Origin: Polyangiales bacterium
GTDB taxonomy: Bacteria; Myxococcota_A; Polyangia; Polyangiales; Polyangiaceae
Length of the DNA: 64,000 nt
Assembly: GCA_038230375.1 (NCBI GenBank)
Contig: JBBRNJ010000008.1
Location: 64,001-128,000 of the forward strand
Direction of reading: 5' to 3'
Below are positions 58,608 through 64,000 of the stretch, piece after piece. Below the pieces are notes generated by a model, which worked only from the letters and a program-made list of their open reading frames with translations, searched no databases and had not been told where the DNA came from. Numbering within the stretch: position 1 is the stretch's first letter; each line of letters begins with the position of its first letter. A program made the translations under genes and the position numbers.

Positions 58608-58625
58608 GAATGAACGTTCACTCCG
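58608..58625. promoter_or_regulatory. TetR operator candidate, copy 2
   Basis: Identical 18-mer GAATGAACGTTCACTCCG upstream of the SDR gene. Confidence 0.75.
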
Positions 58626-58662
58626 TGCTTATCGAAGAACATAGAGAAGAAGGAGCATTGTC

Positions 58663-59556
58663 ATGAAGAAGCTCGTTATTTTGGTGACCGGCGCAACGTC
58701 TGGAATTGGCCGCCATGCGGCGCTTTCGCTCGCGAAGGAGGGCCACCACGTGATCGCGGCTGGTCGTCGTGAGGCGGCGCTCGCTTCGCTCTCCGAGGAG
58801 GCGAAGAAGGCTGGTGCGCGCATCGACGGGCTTCGTGTCGACGTGACCTCGCAGACCTCGATCGAGGACGCGGTTGCGAAGGTGAACGAGCTGACGGACG
58901 GCCATGGCATCGACGCGTTGGTGAACAACGCAGGCTACGGCCAGACGGGCCCGCTCGAGACCGTGGGCGACAAGGAGCTCCGCGCGCAGTTCGACACCAA
59001 CGTGTTTGGCCTCATGGCGATGACGCGCGCGTTCCTTCCGCAGATGCGCGAGCGCGGCTTCGGTCGCATCGTGAACATCGGGAGCATGGGCGGCCTGATC
59101 ACGTTTCCGATGATGGGCGCGTACCACGCCACCAAGTATGCCGTCGAGGCGCTCTCGGACGCTCTCCGCGTGGAGCTCAAGAGCTTCGGCATCGATGTCT
59201 CATTGGTCGAGCCCGGCGCCATCAACACGGAGTTCAACGACCGCGCCGTGGCCGCGCTTGCAGAGGTGACGGAGAACAACCCGGCCGCCGCCGCGTACGG
59301 GGCCGCGCTTGCGAAGGTGGACCAGTACAAGGCCACGTTCGAGAAGACCGCCGCCGGGCCGGAGGTCGTCACGAAGGTCATTCGCCACGCGATCGTGAGC
59401 AAGCGCCCACGTGCACGTTACCTTGTGCCGTTCAGTGCGCAGTTCCTGGTCTCCGTCCTGCGCGCAATGCCCACGCGCATGTCCGACGCGATCATGCGCT
59501 GGGCGCTCGGCCTCTCGCGCGCGAAGGCGCAGCTCACTACGGCGGAAGCGTCCTGA
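58663..59556 (+). CDS. Classical SDR oxidoreductase
   Basis: TGATSGIG, NNAG, YHATK; AAGGAG RBS. Confidence 0.95.
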   Translation: MKKLVILVTGATSGIGRHAALSLAKEGHHVIAAGRREAALASLSEEAKKAGARIDGLRVDVTSQTSIEDAVAKVNELTDGHGIDALVNNAGYGQTGPLETVGDKELRAQFDTNVFGLMAMTRAFLPQMRERGFGRIVNIGSMGGLITFPMMGAYHATKYAVEALSDALRVELKSFGIDVSLVEPGAINTEFNDRAVAALAEVTENNPAAAAYGAALAKVDQYKATFEKTAAGPEVVTKVIRHAIVSKRPRARYLVPFSAQFLVSVLRAMPTRMSDAIMRWALGLSRAKAQLTTAEAS

Positions 59557-61663
59557 CGTCCAGGTTCCACGGGCCCTTCGCGCCATTGAAGCCATCCACC
59601 TGGACCCAGTACTGGCCTGGTACGAGCGTGAGATCCAGGAAGCTGCGCTGCGCAGTGAAGCCGACGTAGCAGGCGTTCGGCACCTCCGTGGCCGGGCACA
59701 CCGCGCCCGTGCGGATGTCCAGGATGGTGGCGTACGTGGAGCCGCTCATGTCGAAGATCATCCGCTGCGCCGCGGTCAGGTTCAGCGCGAAGATCTGATC
59801 AGGCGCGCCGCCCGGAGGTGCACCGTCCACGTCGCAACCGGCGTTGAACTCGTGCATCGCGTTGGTGGTGTCTCCCGTGTAGAAGCCGCCGCTCGCGGAG
59901 AGCGCGATGGGTGACATGCAGTTGTCCGAGCCACCACCCACGTTCGTTGCCGTTGCGGTGGGTCGCGTGAGGACCGTGAGGCTTGCAGGGTGGCCCTGCA
60001 GATCCGCGACCACGATGCGGTAGCTTCCGGCAGCCAGATTTCGCTTCGAGATGCGGATGGGCGTGGCGCCCTTGGTGCACGTGAGCACGTCCGCTGGCGT
60101 GCACCCGGGCTTGTTCAGCGACACAGCCCCGAAATCGCCCTGCACGAAGCGCCCCACAATGAGCACGTCACTCGGAACCAGAAGCTCGAGGTCGTACGCC
60201 GCGTTCGGCGCGCCCCCGAGGCACCCGTTGCGGATCGCGTCCTCCTGCGCGGACAGATCGATATCGATCTCACCGTTCTGCGGAGCCGCCGGTGCCGTCG
60301 CGCAGGTCTGGTTCGGTGGCGGCAAGGTGGGCGGGTAGGTCTGCACAAGGAGGCTCGCGTCGATGCTCGCGGTGGCGCTGACGGCGAGCACGTAGGTGCC
60401 CGCCTGCAGGTTGCGCGCGAAGAGCGGAGGCACGTTGCCGACGCGGCAGCGGAGCTCGTCGGTGCAGATCGCGGCGCGCAGGCTCAGGACCGCGTTGCCG
60501 TCACCGGCGGTGGTGGTCGCGAGCACGCGGACGTCGCGCGCTGCGGTGAGCGTGAACGCGTACGTCAGCTCGCCGGTCTGGGCGGTGCAGTCGGACACGA
60601 GGTCGTGGCCCGCGTCCACGATCGTGACCGGAACCGGTGTATCGAGCGGGATCGCGAGCGGCGCGACGCAGCTCTCGTTCGTGGGCGCCACGGACGGCGG
60701 CAGGAAATCCACGTGAACGCCGACGCTCGCCTCCGTCTGGGTCGTGACCACGGCGTAGACGGTGGTGCCCGCGGCCACGGAGCGCGCCCTGACGCGCGTG
60801 CGTACCCCCGCGCCCGTATCCTGGCATGCGATCTCGGACGTGGCGCATGCTGAGAAGAGCGCGACGGTCGACTCTGCGTCGTTCGTGCCGGTCCACACGT
60901 CAATGTCGCTGGCGGCGTCACCCATGTTGCCGGGCGCGGTGATCGCGAGCACCACGTCGCGCGCGGCGGTCGGCGTTCCCACGTTGCAGCTCTCCACGTA
61001 GTCCTTCTTCGTTGCGACCGTGCTCACCGTGTAGCTACCTGCGGTGGTGACAGCGAGCGCGTTTGCGCACGTGTCGTTCGCCGGAAGCACGCACGGCTGT
61101 TCGTCCACCTTTCCGTTGCAGTTGTCGTCCTTGCCGTTGCTGCAGACCTCCTGCGCTTTCTCGTTCACGAGCGGATCGGTGTCATCGCAGTCGCCGCCGG
61201 TGTTCAGGCAGTGCGCGTCGGTGTCGCCGTCCTGATCGGCGTCGCGAGGCACGTGCTTGCACGACTTGTCTGTCTCCACGCACGCGTCGATGCTGCACGA
61301 GTTTTGGTCCTGACAGGTCACCACGGGCCCGGCCCTGCAGCCGGCGGTCGTGCAGACCTCCTTGCCGTTGCAGTAGATGCTGTCGTCGCAGAGCGAGTCA
61401 TCCGGGATGAAGCGGCAGCGGTGGAGCGACAGATCGCAGTGGTCGCCAGTGCACGCGACCTTGTCGTCGCATTGCGCTGTGGTGTCGCACGGTCCGCCGA
61501 GCGTGGGGTCGATGGTGCTTCCGTCCGGCCCCGCCTGTGCATCGAAGTCGGACGCGGCGTCCACGCCCCCATCCGCGGGTTCGATCAGGAGGTCCTGCGC
61601 GTTCTTCTTTCCGCACGCGAGCGCGAGCAGCAGCACGCAGGTAAGCGAGAAGAAGCGACGCAC
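59537..61663 (-). CDS. Cys-rich lipoprotein with a putative metal-binding (MopE-like) motif and repeated beta-sandwich modules
   Basis: ALAC lipobox; CDD..C..D.C repeats; DCDDTDP...EVC.NGKDDNCNG..DE; repeated NDTC/NESC/NQTC/DNC modules. Confidence 0.8.
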   Translation of the reverse strand: MRRFFSLTCVLLLALACGKKNAQDLLIEPADGGVDAASDFDAQAGPDGSTIDPTLGGPCDTTAQCDDKVACTGDHCDLSLHRCRFIPDDSLCDDSIYCNGKEVCTTAGCRAGPVVTCQDQNSCSIDACVETDKSCKHVPRDADQDGDTDAHCLNTGGDCDDTDPLVNEKAQEVCSNGKDDNCNGKVDEQPCVLPANDTCANALAVTTAGSYTVSTVATKKDYVESCNVGTPTAARDVVLAITAPGNMGDAASDIDVWTGTNDAESTVALFSACATSEIACQDTGAGVRTRVRARSVAAGTTVYAVVTTQTEASVGVHVDFLPPSVAPTNESCVAPLAIPLDTPVPVTIVDAGHDLVSDCTAQTGELTYAFTLTAARDVRVLATTTAGDGNAVLSLRAAICTDELRCRVGNVPPLFARNLQAGTYVLAVSATASIDASLLVQTYPPTLPPPNQTCATAPAAPQNGEIDIDLSAQEDAIRNGCLGGAPNAAYDLELLVPSDVLIVGRFVQGDFGAVSLNKPGCTPADVLTCTKGATPIRISKRNLAAGSYRIVVADLQGHPASLTVLTRPTATATNVGGGSDNCMSPIALSASGGFYTGDTTNAMHEFNAGCDVDGAPPGGAPDQIFALNLTAAQRMIFDMSGSTYATILDIRTGAVCPATEVPNACYVGFTAQRSFLDLTLVPGQYWVQVDGFNGAKGPWNLDVRTLPP

Positions 61664-61712
61664 GTGAAGAGCGTATCAGAACGCCCTGACCGCGCGACGC
61701 CCCACGAAATGC

Positions 61713-63368
<1,656 letters not shown>

Positions 63369-63392
63369 GCGCCGCACCCTAGCAAAACTGAC

Positions 63393-64000
63393 CTAGCGCT
63401 GCTTCGCCTTCATGATGCGCGCGAACGCCTCACCAGCGGCGCGCGCGAGCTCCTCGAGGCGGCGCGTGGCGATCATGGTGTCGCCCAGCTCGTCCGCGAC
63501 GAGCACCACGGCGGCCTTGCCGAGCACGCGCACCGGCGCCACCGCCACGTCGCGACTGGCGCCACCCATGACGCGCAGGAGCGGCGCGTGGACGTCGTCG
63601 TGGCGTACGGCGCCCAGGTACAGTCCCTCGTTCATGGCGGTCGTGAAGATGCTTGGCGTCACGAGTGACATCGTGAGGGCCTGGAGCTGCACGCGCTCAC
63701 CGAACTCCGGCGTGCACGTCCAGCCAACAAGGCCACCGCGCTTCACCACGAACACCGCGACCTTGCGCGCCACGGCCCGCGCGCCCAGGAGCAGGAGCTC
63801 GAGGACGTGATCGCGATCCTCGGCCGCACGCAGGGCCGCGAGCACGCTGGTGCCATCCGCGAACGGGAAGCCGGCCTGCGCGTTGTAGGGCCCGCGTGCG
63901 GTGCGTGGCGGTGGACCTGGAATGAATGAAGGCAGCGGCTCCGCGTCGTACGCGGTGTGCGGGAGCTGCGTGGGGTGCCGCTCGTAGTAGAGCGTGGCCG
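63393..64000 (-). CDS. C-terminal part of a hypothetical protein (GAF-like, possibly FrgA-like); starts outside the window
   Basis: Frame is open to the window edge; DRDHVLELLL...FVVKRGGLVGW. Confidence 0.6.
   Translation of the reverse strand, partial: ATLYYERHPTQLPHTAYDAEPLPSFIPGPPPRTARGPYNAQAGFPFADGTSVLAALRAAEDRDHVLELLLLGARAVARKVAVFVVKRGGLVGWTCTPEFGERVQLQALTMSLVTPSIFTTAMNEGLYLGAVRHDDVHAPLLRVMGGASRDVAVAPVRVLGKAAVVLVADELGDTMIATRRLEELARAAGEAFARIMKAKQR

Overview
GC-rich bacterial chromosomal segment. The gene content suggests Myxococcota, probably Polyangia (Polyangiaceae/Labilithrix-like); this is inferred from four eukaryotic-type Ser/Thr kinases, a PP2C phosphatase and many Cys-rich lipoproteins. 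About 45 densely packed genes. Housekeeping: lipB, guaB, glnE, hemE-hemH-hemY, frr. Signalling: REC-GAF-HD-GYP, ECF sigma plus NrsF, TetR and MarR, the last two with visible operator-like sites. Also a tetraheme cytochrome/DUF362/membrane polyferredoxin cluster, two B12 acyl-CoA mutase large subunits with opposite specificity signatures, an RlmD-RluA-like fusion and three cell-wall hydrolases. Two genes are broken: an outer-membrane peptidase/propeller/barrel gene, and a Rieske oxygenase missing its Rieske domain. Both switch frame at the same decamer, GCGCACCTTC. Non-coding features: a 144-bp palindromic MITE-like element, an intergenic (AGGTCG)17 tract and several sigma-54-like promoters. 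No rRNA, tRNA, CRISPR array, transposase or prophage was recognised. All family calls come from motif recognition by eye, not database searches, and several start codons are estimates.
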